Shown in pieces: positions 62,500 through 64,000 of a stretch of DNA of 64,000 nt (position 1 is its first letter; each line of letters begins with the position of its first letter). A program made the position numbers and the translations under genes. Under the pieces are notes generated by a model. That model had not been told where the DNA came from, did no database searches, and saw only the letters and a list, made by a program, of their open reading frames with translations. The stretch is from Selaginella moellendorffii (Eukaryota; Plantae; Lycopodiophyta), in assembly GCF_000143415.4 (NCBI RefSeq), contig NW_003314338.1, positions 548,218-612,217 of the forward strand, read 5' to 3'.

Positions 62500-63570
62500 T
62501 GATACCAATATTTTCTTCAAGATCTTGCTCCAGATATGTCAGAAGTATTTCATGTAAATATATATTATCTTTAGTGTCTCATATACTACTTTTATTTGAA
62601 CAAGATAAATGATTGAAATTTTCTTTAGCACTGTCACAAATGTCTAAGAGTGGAGTTAGAAAGTGTGCATGTGTGGATATACAAGAAATCAAGAAAGAAT
62701 TAAAGACACATAGCTACTATGATTTCATGGTGATGAATAATCTTTTATTGGTGAACACTGCATGGATATCTAAACCACCCTATAATGAAATATGAAACTC
62801 ATATATAATTTCTTCAAAATTTTAGTTCATTATGAGAAAAGTGGAGAATCTTATATTTTTCAAGAAAGTCTTCTAGCATATATAAAAACATTATTATATA
62901 TACAAGTGGTTTTGACACTATTATAATTATGAAGTCCCATTTTCTAGACTAATAATCTAGAATTTCAAAAGCCCCTACATTTTTTCTTAGTATAAATACC
63001 AACAAGGGATGTTTTCACCATTCAAAATTCAATTTGTTTAGAGTATAGGAATAGCAAGAAATGTTATTGCTACTCGCACTTGGTCCCTATGCATCTTATA
63101 TGAGTCTCCAACTCCATCTCCAAGTTCTACCAACATTTCCTCCATACAATAATCGTTGTGAAAGTTTTTTTTTTGTGGCCTCAAGTGTGATTGAACAAGA
63201 GATCCTTCTTCTAGATAATGTTCTAAATATTGCTACTAGATATTGCTGCTATTGCCTCATGTGTTTTAAGAGTGATGCTAGTTGTTTTTTTGAGATCTTG
63301 CTCTAGATATGGCTAAAACTCTTGAAAGAATAAGCATATACTAACTTTTATTTGGACAAAATAGAAGGCTGCATAGGTTTGAAAACTTTTCTAGAATATT
63401 GTCACAATTGCCCAATAACTGGTGTGGAAGGTGTGCATATATGGATATATAGAAAAATCAAGAAAGAGTTAAAAACACATAACCATTATCACTTTATTGT
63501 GAGGAACAATATTCCATTAGTAAATATTACATCCATAAGTGTTGAATATAGTTAGTAAATACTATATCCA
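62500..63570 (+). pseudogene. Two tandem decayed copies of a possible CACTA/EnSpm transposase fragment
   Basis: ~62510-62790 resembles ~63285-63570. Peptides KELKTHSYYDFM and KELKTHNHYHFI recall the LKS/THDxH motif of CACTA transposases. Confidence 0.35.
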
Positions 63571-64000
63571 CCCTACTAAAGTTCTAACTACTAAAGTTAT
63601 ACTATAATTCTTACACGATGATATTGTCCATCCCCTCGCCCCTCCCCCCCCCGACCTCTTCCCAATTTTTCTTTTAAAAATAGTATTAAATTGTACATAA
63701 CATACTTGTCATTATAAAATTTGATAAATTGACACTGTAACTATCTCTAACACTGATTTATCATTGTCACTATTTTTGACACTGCCACTATCATTATCAC
63801 ATTGATATGTGATATGCTTTTCTCATCGCAAGTGGATGCATTCAACTCTCTTTTACTGTATTATCGATAAATAGATTTTTTATATAACTCCTCAATTCAG
63901 GGGAAAACTCACATTACATATATTGTGCCACATACCTAGGAAGACTTCTAGAGCTCATTGTATTAGAGATTTATGATATAAAGGGAAAACTAAATATATA

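Overview
Eukaryotic plant genomic DNA, most consistent with a compact lycophyte genome such as Selaginella (inference from very short introns, GC-rich genes in AT-rich decayed TE spacers and a PLS-class PPR gene). Host genes: importin-7/8 (SAD2-like, minus) head-to-head with mitochondrial-type ribosomal protein L27, a PPR gene, a MOT-family molybdate transporter, a J-domain/Zn-ribbon/DUF3444 gene with two inverted DUF3444-less paralogs, and EAF1. The centre is a nested TE stack. A Ty3/Gypsy element (26540-42986, GGTTA TSD) is split inside its RNase H by a 12.4-kb DNA transposon (28289-40688) with perfect 24-bp TIRs and a 4-bp AGTT/AGCT TSD. That element encodes a Sola-like transposase. It also encodes a divergently transcribed gene of at least 10 exons and about 1,650 codons that joins a ParB/Srx-like domain, a degenerate DNA-methyltransferase-like fold and an FCP1/NIF-like phosphatase domain. 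At least 23 copies of a 22-bp palindrome (ATGGCRTGWGGCCWCAYGCCAT) are spread through the element, four of them inside micro-introns of the cargo gene. Cargo protein plus palindromes is the best candidate here for an undescribed transposon self-recognition or anti-silencing system. All domain calls are by eye; no searches were run.
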